A stretch of 63,502 bases of DNA, filler included, from Rhabdomonas costata (taxonomy: Eukaryota), in the NCBI GenBank assembly GCA_019059605.1. It is 37 parts of 37 records of this genome, joined end to end, with 100 filler letters (N's around TTAATTAATTAA, not from the genome) between each part and the next. Parts side by side here need not be neighbours in the genome. Positions count along the whole stretch, not along the records: positions 36,108 to 37,726 come from JAHMHO010011873.1; positions 37,827 to 39,444 come from JAHMHO010011874.1; positions 39,545 to 41,163 come from JAHMHO010011875.1; positions 41,264 to 42,882 come from JAHMHO010011876.1; positions 42,983 to 44,601 come from JAHMHO010011877.1; positions 44,702 to 46,320 come from JAHMHO010011878.1; positions 46,421 to 48,039 come from JAHMHO010011879.1; positions 48,140 to 49,757 come from JAHMHO010011880.1; 29 more parts are not named here. One strand, written 5' to 3'. Each line of letters opens with the position of its first letter. Position 1 is the first letter of the stretch. The notes beneath the pieces were generated by a model, which was not told where the DNA came from, did not search any database, and saw only the letters and a program-made list of their open reading frames with translations. Below, one piece after another: positions 36,108-48,395 of the stretch. A program made the translations under genes and the position numbers.

Positions 36108-37454
36108 TGTGGTGTGTGGCCTAGGGATGGGGCGGTGGTGGGCTCGTCAGGCACATGCCGCGAAGAGGTGGCACCCATCCCGGCAGCGATCTGCGATGGA
36201 AGATGGAAGGCACAGTCTGCTGAGAAGGCAAAGAACCGCAGATCCAAAGCCAGAACAGAGCAGGAACGAGGAGGAGGGCGATGCTTTGCCAACGCTTGTG
36301 CGGCAAGTGGTGTTTTCCGCAAAAAGAAAAGGAGGACACAGTTGGGACACAGCCCGGAACTCAACGCAACGAAGCAATGAGCGGGTTCAACTGATGACAC
36401 TGCTATGAATTCCAGGAAGCGGTAAGCAAGATAGACCTGGGAGTGCCGAATCACAGCAAGCACGGCCTGCTCCAGGTCAGTGTGGAGCCTTGCGTTCTCC
36501 TTCCGCAGCACCTGCACCTCGTCACGTAGGTGGTGAAGCTGACCAAAATGAAAAGTATACTTCCCTCTGCGGGCGGATACCTGGCTCGTCGTCATTTCTC
36601 GTGAGAAACACCGTGATCGATGTCAATGACACAACTGCAGGGACTCAAACGCAAAATTAAAAAGCAAAACTAAGAACAGCACCTCATCCAGCTCTGACTG
36701 CTGCCTCTTCAGCCTTTCCGAAAGCAAGAACGTGTGGTGGGCATGGAACTCAGCCTAAGAAGCACAGTGAACACGAAAAGGGAACCTGAGTTATACTCTA
36801 CCTGCAACGTATATGTTGTACCTGGAAAAGAAAGGAGCGGGATTTAGTGAAGAAGTATTTGTGCTGAAAGCACACATGAGCTGATGATGATGCTTGTAAT
36901 TCGTTCAATGGTTTTTCACCGTGTTCCGCCCTACCCCCTTTAACCAGTTCCACTTCCCAAGCCCACGCGGTTCTGAAAAATGCACACAGCGCTCCACTGC
37001 GTGCCCATTCAATTTTATCCCACCTCCCACCCTTCGCGACATCACGCTCTCCTGAAGTTTACTGGCAAGGAATACATTCGCGAAACACCAGTGCCGCTGA
37101 TGTTTTCTGTCAGCTGGTCCCTCAACAGGATGATCCTTTTTCTTGCACTTCCAGAACGAATCAAAAAGAAAGAAATGAGAAGGATAAAGGAAGCCGAAAG
37201 AGGTGCAGACATACATTGTGAGCCTCCTGCTGTCCGGGATGGATCAGTATCGAGCATCCTGCCCAGTTAAATCCACACGGAAGCGTCGCGGCCGCTGCTC
37301 CGGCGGGGGACGCGGAGCCTACCTGGGAGTCAAAAGTTTCCCCGCCAGCCCCTGCGGAAGCGTGCGTCGGGGTTCCGCCGTGCAGGGATCCAGCGCGGTT
37401 GAGACGGCGGACGGTGGAAGTGAGGTCCCCCCCACTGGAACGAAGCAGGTCTCC
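36108..37454 (-). CDS. Hypothetical coiled-coil protein, four phase-0 exons (37454-37323, 36754-36683, 36538-36437, 36190-36108)
   Basis: The three complete exons are AG/GT-flanked multiples of 3 and join to ...SERLKRQQSELDELHHLRDEVQVLRKENARLHTDLEQAV.... Confidence 0.6.
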
Positions 37455-37829
37455 CTGCGGTATAGAAATTAAAGCGAACGCACCTTCTTGTGTGACACGT
37501 ACCCTCCAAACTGTGGAAGGTGAAAAAATGGAGGCGAACGTGCTTTCCCTCAAGGGAAGTGTTTGGGCGGTCTTTGCGACAGACAGCACTTCTCCCACTC
37601 CCTCGAGAGGGGTTGCGTACAATTTTCTGTTGGAAACAGGAAACAGAAGCGAAATCATGCAAGTCATTCCATTGGCAGGGTCCAGAGGTTAAGCATTAAC
37701 ACTGCCGCGGATAAAAAACCAACCACNNNNNNNNNNNNNNNNNNNNNNNNNNNNNNNNNNNNNNNNNNNNTTAATTAATTAANNNNNNNNNNNNNNNNNN
37801 NNNNNNNNNNNNNNNNNNNNNNNNNNGTG

Positions 37830-39014
37830 GGGTTGCGGAATCGGGATTTGAAACCTGAGAGGTTTTGTTCGCGTATGCTGTATTTTAGCCCGCTACCTTT
37901 TTTCTCTCTTCTCAACTGGTTTTTGAATGCCGTCTTGCAAGGAATTTTTCGGTAAACAATTTTATGTGGCAAGCTCTACAATATTGGAGGGTAACCTTGT
38001 GCCTTATACTATACACCCTTGGAATTGCAGGAATGGCACAGACATTGGGAAGGGGGCCAGCATTGTGGTCGGAGGTGAAAAAAGGGTTTCTCATGGACTT
38101 TGGAATGTATAATAGGCTGTGTCAGGTGAAAAAATAAGGCGAAAAAAACAGAAAGACTCATCCAGACATATGAAAAACGTTGCTAAATTGAAGAAAATGG
38201 AAATCAAACTGTGGTGCTACAGGACGTAACAAGATGGCGAAGACAAGATATGAGTGATCCAAACGGGCCCAACCATTAAAATACCAACCCCCTACTCTGT
38301 GCTCCAGACGGCGCTGCCCTCGGTGCGGTTCTCATGGCAAGACCTCAAAACCACCCCAGCCACTTCATCCTCGTATGCCCACTTTCCCCTTGATGAGTGC
38401 GGCCTTGTCCGTTCCAAAGAACGTACTGCTTCACGCTTGACTGCCCCCCCTCCCCAATTTCACACGTGCAATGCAGCACTCGTCCGTCGAGCATAGTCCA
38501 GTGGGGCAGCTTCGCGAGGACTCGAGGACGCTCGGCGGCGGACACCAGCGCAAGGATGCACAGGTGGCAGAGGAGGTCATCGATTCCAGAGGAAGTGCAC
38601 TTATCGGGGTGTTCGGGGGAGCCAACAAGCCACTTGCTGCAAGATCTGCAGGAGGTGATTTCCCTACCAAACAAGAGAGCAATATAGGAACGTTGTGGGG
38701 GACAGCTTCGTGGGATTTGCAGCCTGAGGCAGGGTGACTTTTCACTGAGGGCATAACCTAAAACCAGGAATGACAAATGAGATGCAAGAATTATAAACAA
38801 AACGCTTCCGAGCTTAACATTAAGTTCCAAGTTGAAGGTTCAGTGCGAGCTAGGCAAACGTCAGGATAATCTACCGAGTCAGTTGGTTTTGGCTTTGAAA
38901 AATACCTTTCCGCCTTTCCAAAAACCAGTTGAGAAGAGAGAAAAAAGGTAGCGGGCTAAAATACAGCATACGCGAACAAAACCTCTCAGGTTTCAAATCC
39001 CGATTCCGCAACCC
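37830..39014. repeat. 96-bp perfect inverted repeat pair about 1 kb apart (37830-37925, 38919-39014)
   Basis: Base-by-base reverse-complement match. The left arm is cut by the contig start. Confidence 0.9.
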
Positions 39015-39949
39015 GATTCCACCTCGCCGATTCGAAATTTCGAAAGAAAAGGTTCTCCAACGGATTCAAACAAATTTTCCGCCAAATTCGATGCACACGG
39101 GTTCCAGCCTGCAAAAGATGTGCGAACCACGAGGAGAAGGCCACTACACTGATTCTGGACAGGGCAAGCTGAGTGGGAATCGGTTTCAATTTGGCAAAAA
39201 AAAAATAGCATTAAAAAGGGTTACAAAGCTCTCATAACCAATCACGACACCTACCAACGCCCCGGATACCATGAAGCGCGGAGCTGATAATGTCCACGAA
39301 TGGCATTCCAAACACAAAGCACCATCCCACAAACAAAGGAATGCCAACAAAGCAGCGCGCCGAATTCGGATGCATAGCGAAAAAATATACAAAGCTGTAG
39401 GGGAAGGAAACTCGGCACCAACTTACACGCAAAGCGCGACGGTGNNNNNNNNNNNNNNNNNNNNNNNNNNNNNNNNNNNNNNNNNNNNTTAATTAATTAA
39501 NNNNNNNNNNNNNNNNNNNNNNNNNNNNNNNNNNNNNNNNNNNNGTTTTGTAGCTAGGGCGAAGCCCGCAACAAATTCGACCCCCACCTCAGCAATCACT
39601 AGCATCTTTTACGTGTGTATGTGATCGTTATTTCTCACTTATCACCGCTATTTTTACTTGTATCCCGGTTCAAATTACATCACCCTGTGGTGCGAACAAG
39701 GAAGGAACAGCTGAGGGGCCACGGGTGCACTATCTTCTGCTTTTGAAGAGTGGGCATTTCTGAAAGACCGAATTAACCGAATTTCTATTTGATAAAGCTG
39801 TAGTTCTTCTTCATTGTGAGAATGACAAATTGTTCCTGTCTTCCAGTCCTTTTGATTTTGATTGTTTAAGGCTCAGTCCTGTACCTGAAATTTCTCATGG
39901 TCCTCGCGCAAAGGCTGCCCACCCCTCTTGAGTGAACTTGCCGTGAAAG

Positions 39950-40195
39950 TATTTGATGCAGCGCGTCTGCTCTGTTTACGACGTGGCCGTGGCGAACCAG
40001 CACGATGTCATCGTTCTCGGGGCATGGGGCTGCGGTGCATTCAAGGAGTCTGAAGAGGATGCCGAGACTCTGGCTCGTGTGTTTCAGCGTGCCTTGCCGC
40101 TGTATGAGGGCCGGATCAACACCAACTTTGCTATCACCGGGAGGCACAACTTTGGCACATTCCGGAGAATTTTGGGTGCCCCGGCAACCGGATGA
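39950..40195 (+). CDS. DUF2263/TIGR02452 microbial-type PARG macrodomain, terminal exon
   Basis: RVCSVYDVAVANQHDVIVLGAWGCGAF...LARVF...FAI...NFGTF. The exact acceptor is uncertain (39950 or 39962). Confidence 0.8.
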   Translation, partial: YLMQRVCSVYDVAVANQHDVIVLGAWGCGAFKESEEDAETLARVFQRALPLYEGRINTNFAITGRHNFGTFRRILGAPATG

Positions 40196-40489
40196 TCAAC
40201 CTGTCTACGAACCCCAGCATTGTCTTTGGCAATACAGTGCTCTTTGCTCGGAATTGTTCACACCTGCGCTGTTTGCGTCCGTGGCACGAACTCTGAGTCA
40301 CCGTGCCTCTTACATTAAGGGGGCGGGGGCGTTACACGTTTAGCACCGCAAAGTGGCCACAAATTTCCTAACTCCCCTCATATTAAATTGTGTATTTCTA
40401 GGCGGAAGAAACCCAGTATACCAAACCCTATTTTGCTTAAATAAATGCATTTTGGAGGTATTTGAGACAGTTTTCCAACCCCAGGTTTT

Positions 40490-40639
40490 AAAAATGGCAT
40501 CCCGAAATGAATACGTCTAATTCGGACGTTTAGCACTGCTAAACGTTCAGCTGTGCCAGACGGAGCATCACCGACCCACCGACCGACCCAGATGGAACGT
40601 CCCAACCCAGCTCCGGCCGCGCCGCGGACTGGTCTCCGC
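40490..40639 (+). repeat. Dispersed repeat, copy A (homologous to 44982-45124)
   Basis: 40521-40568 vs 45012-45059 is 32/48 identical ungapped. 40614-40635 vs 45099-45120 is 21/22 identical. Confidence 0.7.
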
Positions 40640-43600
40640 ATCTAAAATAAGCGCATCCCTTTTTTTTTTTGCATTTTTGCATTGCAGTCTCCCGGGAGCT
40701 GTTCGTCGCCGTCTGCAAACCTAACCCGCGCCCCCCGACCCTCAAGAAAATTGTCCTGTGCCGGTGTTGCGCAGAGCGCAACAGCAAGATATACAGCGGG
40801 TAAACCTGGAAGTGCAAGCACTCACGCCAACCAATAGCTCAGTACTCCAGCCTTGTGTGGGATCCCACAGGATAACTTTCCATCAATATGTGAGTAGAGG
40901 AGACCCCGGTTCAACTCCCGACCCCACAAATTTTCTCCAGTGGCTTGTATGTTGAAACCTGAGGTTTTTTGAGTGCTTTGCATTCCACTGTGTTCAGCTG
41001 ATGCGATTCCTGGTTTGCACAAATGTTCTTCATTTTGACAGTCACTGCGAAATGAAAGAGTTGCGGAAATTCAGCATTTTATGGAAAGCGTTAAGTCACA
41101 AATCCCATATCTTTATTCTGCCGAATTTTTACGTTCGAAATACTGCATTTCGGACAACCAACANNNNNNNNNNNNNNNNNNNNNNNNNNNNNNNNNNNNN
41201 NNNNNNNTTAATTAATTAANNNNNNNNNNNNNNNNNNNNNNNNNNNNNNNNNNNNNNNNNNNNACCAATCTTTTATTTGGAAAGTAAGTGTCCTCTGGTG
41301 GCAATTCAACTGGTTAGCAAGTGAACAAGGTGAGAGGAGGTGCTTCAGACCCCATTATAGAGGTATGGGCGGCTGCAGTCTTTGTCTGAGTTGTGGGACG
41401 ATTCTTCGCGGGAGGAGCGGGTGGGGGTGTGACCGTTTGCCACGGTTCATCACGAGTGCGGTTAATTACTCTTTGTATGCTCCCCTAGATGTAGATGTCC
41501 GCGTCGCCTAGATGTAGATGTAGATGTCCGCGTCGCTTGAAAATTACAGCCAATCTAAATCAGACATTATAGTAAACTCCGCGGGACGCATGCCCGCACT
41601 GACAGGGTGCCAAATGGATGCAGCGACACAAGAGCGTAAACAATGCGTCACCGGCAGCACCAAGGCCCAGAGGAGAACGGAACACCGGAACTAAGACGGA
41701 ATTATGGACCGCGAACTAGAAGCAGAGGAACAATTGAGCAGCAGAAGGAACCGGTCAAAAAGGAAGAAAAAGACAAGCAACCAACGAACAGGAGGGATCT
41801 TCGGCATGGGAGAGGTTTCCTCGTATCATGTGATTAGCAGGGGAAAAGGGACAAGGTAGAAAGCCAATTGACTGTGGCGAGGACGCCCGTTGGTCAACAC
41901 ATCTATGCACTGCTGCAGAACGCCTTGTCGGTCCCATCACGTGCGGCTCGTTCGCGGCACGACGCGCTGCCGCGCAGCCGCGGAAAGGAGGCTAGGCGTG
42001 GAAGAGGTTGAAGTACCCACGTTCTTGTCCTCCTCGTTCAAGAACCGTAGAATCCTCCAAACCGCGGGCAGGGGGAAACGTTGTCCAGGATGCGGACGTT
42101 CATTCTCAGTGACGAGTGGCACTCGGCCATGGCGGCAGGCTGTTTCGCAGCCCTCGCCCAACCGCTGCAGCAGAGACACCCCTGCAGATAGATGACCGCG
42201 AGGGGTCGGCAGACGGATTCGCCATGGCAGCCCGTGCGTGACGAAGAGACGGTTGTCAGAGTTGAGTTTTATTTGAAAGAGTTGGGAGCATATTTTGACT
42301 GATTTGGCTGGAGTTGGCCCCCTCCCAAGCACAACTTGCCTTTTCTGGGCTCCGAAGCCGCATCCTTTTACCAAATGTAAAGTTGAGCAAACCGGCTTTC
42401 CTCGGTAAGACTTCATGGTATCGTTTCGAAAGTGCGTTTGTTGTGGTTTTTTTCCGTCTTCCATCCACATTCTCCTCCGGAATTTGCCGAATTGTTAGCG
42501 ATCCTCACCTCTCTGCCTTCAACAAAACGATGCCGGGGCCACAACCCGCAGCGTTGTCTAATGGGGTGCGGGTGGGAGGGGTAACGCCATCAGCTATTAC
42601 CCCTTCCAGCCTGAAAATTTGGAAAAGGTTCGCAGTGGTTCGTCTCATTATCCCGGCAGCATGGAAAGAGGTCAGGGAAATTGCCATTGAGGAAACCATT
42701 TTACAGCCATTTTACAGCATTGTGCAGAGGGTCCGACAAACGGTTTAACCTCCCTTCCTTCCCCTGTCAGCGTTGTCCAAATTCCCATAAGTTGGTGCAA
42801 GAGTATGGAGTATTCTCTTCTCAATCTTTCATTGCTCATTCATCTCGCGCCCTTCCGTCGTCTGCTATGCTCACCACCCCCCNNNNNNNNNNNNNNNNNN
42901 NNNNNNNNNNNNNNNNNNNNNNNNNNTTAATTAATTAANNNNNNNNNNNNNNNNNNNNNNNNNNNNNNNNNNNNNNNNNNNNTTGTTGTTTGTACATCCC
43001 CGATGGCGGATGGCCGGGAAACAGCTGCCCACCAAAGAGAATAGGTTAGGTTGGCTCCAGGGTCTGTCTGACACATCGACCTTAGCCAAAGCAAAGTGAA
43101 AACAGTGTTGTACTGTCATCAAAGTAGTGTGGTCTCTGTGGTTCTTTCTCACCCTTCCGGTCCTCCGCGTGCTCCGGTGGGCACTGCAACCGCCACCTTT
43201 GCGTGCGAGTGGGGGTGCCGGTGTGCTCCAGTGGGCTCGGAGGAGGAAATAATCGAAGTGCGAGCGTTGAAGCCGCGGGCTCCCGGTTCCCGCCTTTCGT
43301 GGAGGAGCCCCGCGTCGTTCCGGTGGACTTCTCGTCAGCTTCTCGTCAGCTATCGACAGTGAGCCATGAATTCTTAACAAGAATTTCTTGTTTCCAAAAT
43401 ACTACGTACGACGTTTCGTTTTCTCCCGCGACGTGAGCAGGTGCGTGGCCGCACAAGGCACTCTGGTTGTCCCCATCTCCGCGGGTTTGCGACTTTCTCA
43501 AGTCTATACCTTTGGAGAATCGTTGCCATTCAGTTCTTAGACCCATAAGAAGATGAAAATGATGGTCATGTTCCGAACGACAGCTGAACTCAGCACCTCA

Positions 43601-43751
43601 CGCTCTTAGAGAGCAATGGATGGTTTGACAAATGGTAGCCCAACTTGCCGATCTAGTGGTTGGCTTCCGGTGCCTCTCGGGAGAAAGTTTCTCTTTCTTT
43701 CTGTCAAACTTCCTGAATGGGTCTGACACACTGGTCCTCCCTCTCCCTCAG

Positions 43752-44590
43752 GACGGGGTGGGACCGGCGCCCTGGCTTGGTTGTCGCCCCAGACCCCCAG
43801 ACCACGGTGATCATCCGCAACATCGAGCGCGGGATGCACCCTGACCGCATCCGGGAGGCCATCCGCCGGATGTGCGGGGTCAAGCCTGTGGCGCTGCGCA
43901 CCTTCGCCGACGTGATCAAGGCGGCGCCCGAGGTTGACTTTCTTAGAAATGAGGCTCCAGAAAACTTTTGGTGTTGTCGCTCGAACATTTATTTGGGTCA
44001 GTGTTCGGCCCTTTGCATCGCAGAGCTATTTTCATCTGGTCAGCAGTGCATTGCAGTAACCCCCCCCCCCCTTCTCTCCAAAAGAAGGCAGTTCAGCATT
44101 CCTGCTAACCTGAAACTGGAGCCGTGCTTTGACCAATCTTCACGAAGGGTTCAAATTGCTATCTTTTTGTTTGATTTGCTTTTGAGAATTGTGGCAACCG
44201 ATATTCCAGGGCGACTGAGTATTGACCCTCCCCCGGCTGAAGGCCAAAGTCCCTTCGCTGAAACCCCATGGCCAGTGGAAACCAATGAAATCCAAACCTA
44301 AAACGTTTTCTCAACAATTCTTTAAGATAAGTGCCAGTTTGGGTAAAGCCTATTGTATGGGTTTCAACGTTTGGGTTACAGACGCACCCCCTGTCATCTG
44401 GGCTCCCTCTGCCGTGGTTGCGTGGTTATCCTCCCGCTCACCAGACTACAGCGTGGAACTCCTCTGGAATGGCGGTGTTCTCGCACGAGTCCGAGGCCGC
44501 TGCACTGCTCCGGAACACCCGGGGTCAGCTCGTGGTGGAGGGCTTCCCTGATTCCCCTCTGGAGCTCAAGCTGGGCCTGGACGACAGCCC
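43752..44590 (+). CDS. Divergent RRM-like protein (exons 43752-43932, 44445 to about 44590)
   Basis: TTVIIRNIERGMHPDRIREAIRRMCG...PE|TTAWNSSGMAVFSHESEAAALLRNTRGQLVVEG...PLELKL has the beta-alpha-beta-beta-alpha-beta pattern of an RRM. Phase-0 intron. Confidence 0.55.
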
Positions 44591-44981
44591 CCACAACAAA
44601 CNNNNNNNNNNNNNNNNNNNNNNNNNNNNNNNNNNNNNNNNNNNNTTAATTAATTAANNNNNNNNNNNNNNNNNNNNNNNNNNNNNNNNNNNNNNNNNNN
44701 NTTGGGTTTCCTTTTTCTCTTCAGCTGCACTCCGCCAACTCAGCTCCACGTTCGAGGCCAGGTTTTAGGCTCAGAACATAGCGTGAATTAAGTGGACTGA
44801 CGGCGGAGGGGGTCGGCTTTCAGCCGCGCACTCTGTACTTCCGAGGGGCCGGGAGTTTGGGGGGACGGGCACCGGGAAACAAATGCCGGACATTCGGCGC
44901 TGGTTAGCCAGGAAATGCTTCCCTTTACCCTCAATTTTGTTAATGTATTTGAAGCTGGTTGACAACGTTTACCCTTGGACT

Positions 44982-45124
44982 AAAAGGTCGCATCGCCAAA
45001 AAGGTCATCGGTTCGGTCGTCTAGCATTACTGAAAGCTTACCAGTGCTAAGCAGAGTGTTGACCACCCCACAGAATGTCCCTACCCCGCCGCCCGTTTCG
45101 GCCGCGCCTCGGACTGGTCTGCGC
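44982..45124 (+). repeat. Dispersed repeat, copy B (homologous to 40490-40639)
   Basis: Same alignment as copy A. Confidence 0.7.
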
Positions 45125-45427
45125 CGGAATATTTCCAAAACCTGGAAAAAGCCAGAACAAAACGTTTGACACGTCTAACGCCCCACCCCCTCCCCGCATG
45201 CACACAAGTTCAATTGTGAGTACGAAAGCAGGTTTCTTTTAAACAACTGTGTTTTCAGTTGTGCAGTTTGGTGGTGGTGTGGGTGGGGAATTGAATGAAA
45301 GCATCCGCCCACCCCTAGTTCTTTGACCGTCAGGAGACGGCAACCTGCTCTAGGAACCGAGTATTTATTTTCCTTTTTGCTCCGGGTCAGCCATGACTTT
45401 TCGCCACCTTCTGAATCCGCCCTTTAG

Positions 45428-46300
45428 GTTAAGGCGGTGACGGACTTCAACTGTGTGAGCTCAAACTTCGCCCCGGGGACGGGACTGGTGACCTTCCTGA
45501 ACCCCAGCGGCTACGCCAACCTCAACTCCACCACCGCCACGCTAACGTTCTCCCTGGGGGGGACCTTCGCAATTTGCTACCAGGCGCAGTGCGGGGGTTT
45601 TTTGACCTTGGCCAATCTGACAGTGGCGGGGCCCGGCATGATCAGCTACATTTCCAAACCAAGCTCCCCGGTAACCGGGGTCAACCTCACGATCATTTTT
45701 AACGGAATCTACCCCCTGAGCAACGCCACGGCTAATTCCACGGACCTTGTAAAGGTCCTCTGCTTGCTGTGACCACTCCGCCGAGTTTCCCTTCAGTTCT
45801 GGTTTTTTTTTTGCTGAATGGAGAGCCAGGGCCCGCTGTTTCATCGGTGTGTTGTGGTGGTGCTGGGAGTACAGTTAGTGCTGTAGTGTACATCATGTGT
45901 CATGCCACCGTGCCGGGGGGGGGGTGTTTGTGTGTTGCGTAGGGAAAAAATGCAGATGTGGTGTGGCCGAAGGAATAACCTGTGCGCCTCCCCGTTTGTG
46001 TTCGAGCCCAGTTTCAGCTGTTGTTTTTCTTCTTCTGTCGAAACCACCTTCTGTGTCGTTGGATGAGGATCTTGTCGAACCCTTACGCCGTTGCGGTAGT
46101 CGGGGGTTGTGTGGAGATTGTGTTTTCTCCACGGATGGTTCCGTGGAGGGTTCCTCAGTGGTTTTCGAACCCCGATCTGACTCTGACCAGGCATTACGCC
46201 AACTTATGCCCCAACAGCCACGTACCCGCTTCACCCTCGATCCCTCAGGTGGTCACGGGCTCGGACTGTAGCTCGGTGGCCTTCGCGGCAGGAACCACCA
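45428..46300 (+). CDS. Large repetitive surface glycoprotein fragment (exons 45428-45754, 46249 to about 46300)
   Basis: 327-nt phase-0 exon VKAVTDFNC...GTFAICYQ...LTVAGP...DLVK followed by VVTGSDCSSVAFAAGT, which parallels the start of the first exon. Many NxT/S sequons. Confidence 0.75.
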
Positions 46301-48395
46301 CCCCCAAACACACCCACCACNNNNNNNNNNNNNNNNNNNNNNNNNNNNNNNNNNNNNNNNNNNNTTAATTAATTAANNNNNNNNNNNNNNNNNNNNNNNN
46401 NNNNNNNNNNNNNNNNNNNNTGTGTGGTTTACCCCCTTGGGGGTGGAGGAGGCCATGGAGGCGTTCCGGGAGAGGATCTCGGGCAGCTCCGGGGTGGCCG
46501 CCGTGAGTGTGGCGGCGGTGGCGGTGTCCTCGCCCAGCCTGGGCCCTGTCCGGGTCGGGGGCCGAAGGTTCTTGTCCGCTTGCAGTTGAATGTTTTGAAG
46601 TTTAGGTATAGTAGTTTGTAAGTTTTTGGGTTTTCGTAGTGTCTTTTTTTTCTCAATATTCAATTCTGATTCACTGGGTTTGTTTTTTCTATGCCCTGCT
46701 TACACTGATGCCTTTCTTGGAGTTTGGTTGGGGGGGAGCTTTTCCTTCGCCGCTTTGCTGCTGTAGTGGTGTTGTGTTTACCCCTTACCATCTTTGGCAA
46801 CCAGTAAGTGGTGAAGCTGGGGAAGGGGTTTTCTTCAATCTCCGCCCACGGGGCATTGCAGGACAGGGCAGGGAAGGGAGGGCTCTCGCTTAGCAATGCC
46901 GTTACTTTTCTTTTGCCGCTTTTCTCAGGGATCCCCCCAAGTTCTCCTTACATGGGGATGGGCTTAGGCGCCCGATCACCCCAAACTCCTGGCGGCCGCG
47001 CTCCGGTGAGCCTGGGATCTGCGTGTAAACCCACGAGTCGGCCGGCACAGTCACTGCCGTATTTCTCCTGTGTATTCCAGTGTTGGTTGTCTGTCTCGCT
47101 GCCCTACCCCATCGCGAACCGTAGAAGGGGTTTCATGTGATCCCTTGGAGTGCCTTCTGACTTCTCCCCCTGATGTCGTGGAGGCCCTTCGTTCTTGGCC
47201 TCTGCACTCCTTTGTCACTTATGTTACCACCTGTGTTCGTTTGCATCCGTGTATGTGCTTGTGTGTGTGAAGGACGAGATAGAAGCAGGGGTCACCGAAA
47301 GAGCCGATCATTCTTGCTCACAAGCGTCTTTACACAGGTGGAAAAGTGGAAAACTATTGCCGGGGTTTTGAGGGTGGAGCAAGGGCGTCCATAGAAGGCC
47401 TGTTCATTGGTGTCCACGGAACGGACCTTCTGGCTCTACCTCGTGAGTACACGCTGGTGTTTGTGTCATTGGGTTGTGCTTTGTGCCCCTATTTTGATTT
47501 TTGTGTGTATTCCTTTTTCTTTCCTTGCCTCTCCCTTCCGTTGTGGTTCTGTGTCCTCGAAGAGCTTTTCCAATAGACCGAGGTTCAGAACTTTGCCAGG
47601 TTTTCTGGCTCTGTAATCGTGGCTCGAGAGTGATTCATCCGTCGACTGCGGCGGTTTGATAGTTGACCCCCATCTGCCAGTAATGAGATGGACCTTTTGG
47701 ATCTCCTCCAGACTGTGTGCTGTGGTGTCGACAAGTCTTTGCTATCTCTGTTCGTCCTTTTCATGTCTCCCTTCACCGTAACAATGGGATCCTCCTGCGA
47801 ATCCCCTCCGGAGGCCCCTTGCAGGGCTCTTCAGTCATCGGTCGCGACCGGTGCCCACGGGCCCGTCGTTCGTAGTGTCGCTATGTGCCCTTCTGAAGTC
47901 CTTCGCGGTGCTGCCCTGCCGATGCGTGTGTGTAAATATTTACGTCCCCCCTTCGTCTGACCTGCGGTCGCACCCCGCCCGCAGTTCACAGTTTCACTTC
48001 CCATGCCTCCTTCCAGGCTCAGCTTCGCCCCACAACACANNNNNNNNNNNNNNNNNNNNNNNNNNNNNNNNNNNNNNNNNNNNTTAATTAATTAANNNNN
48101 NNNNNNNNNNNNNNNNNNNNNNNNNNNNNNNNNNNNNNNCTCAGCGGGTTGCCCTCGATTCCCCGGCGAGTAACGGAGCCGCCAGGGGGGAGTCCTCCCG
48201 CGACCGCGGGAAATCCACTGCAGGAAAGAAGAAACAACTCATCAATCTACATTCTCCAGTGTACAGCAAGACAGCAAAACAGTGCAACACAACGCGTCAA
48301 ACACATCGAGACTGGGCAAGAAAAGGCCCAGAAAGCACAGCACAGAAACGGGATAGGAACCAAAAAGCCCCTCCTCTCGCCTCCAGCCGTGGGCT

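Noticed and set aside
39552..39570. GGGCGAAGCCC mini-hairpin beside CTAG as a Helitron end
   Set aside because: Too short, at a contig edge, and the spacing does not fit.
41937..42700. Minus-strand ORFs with YRGKPVCSTLHLVKGCGFG as a retroelement gag zinc finger
   Set aside because: The motif is incomplete and there is no RT or other supporting domain.
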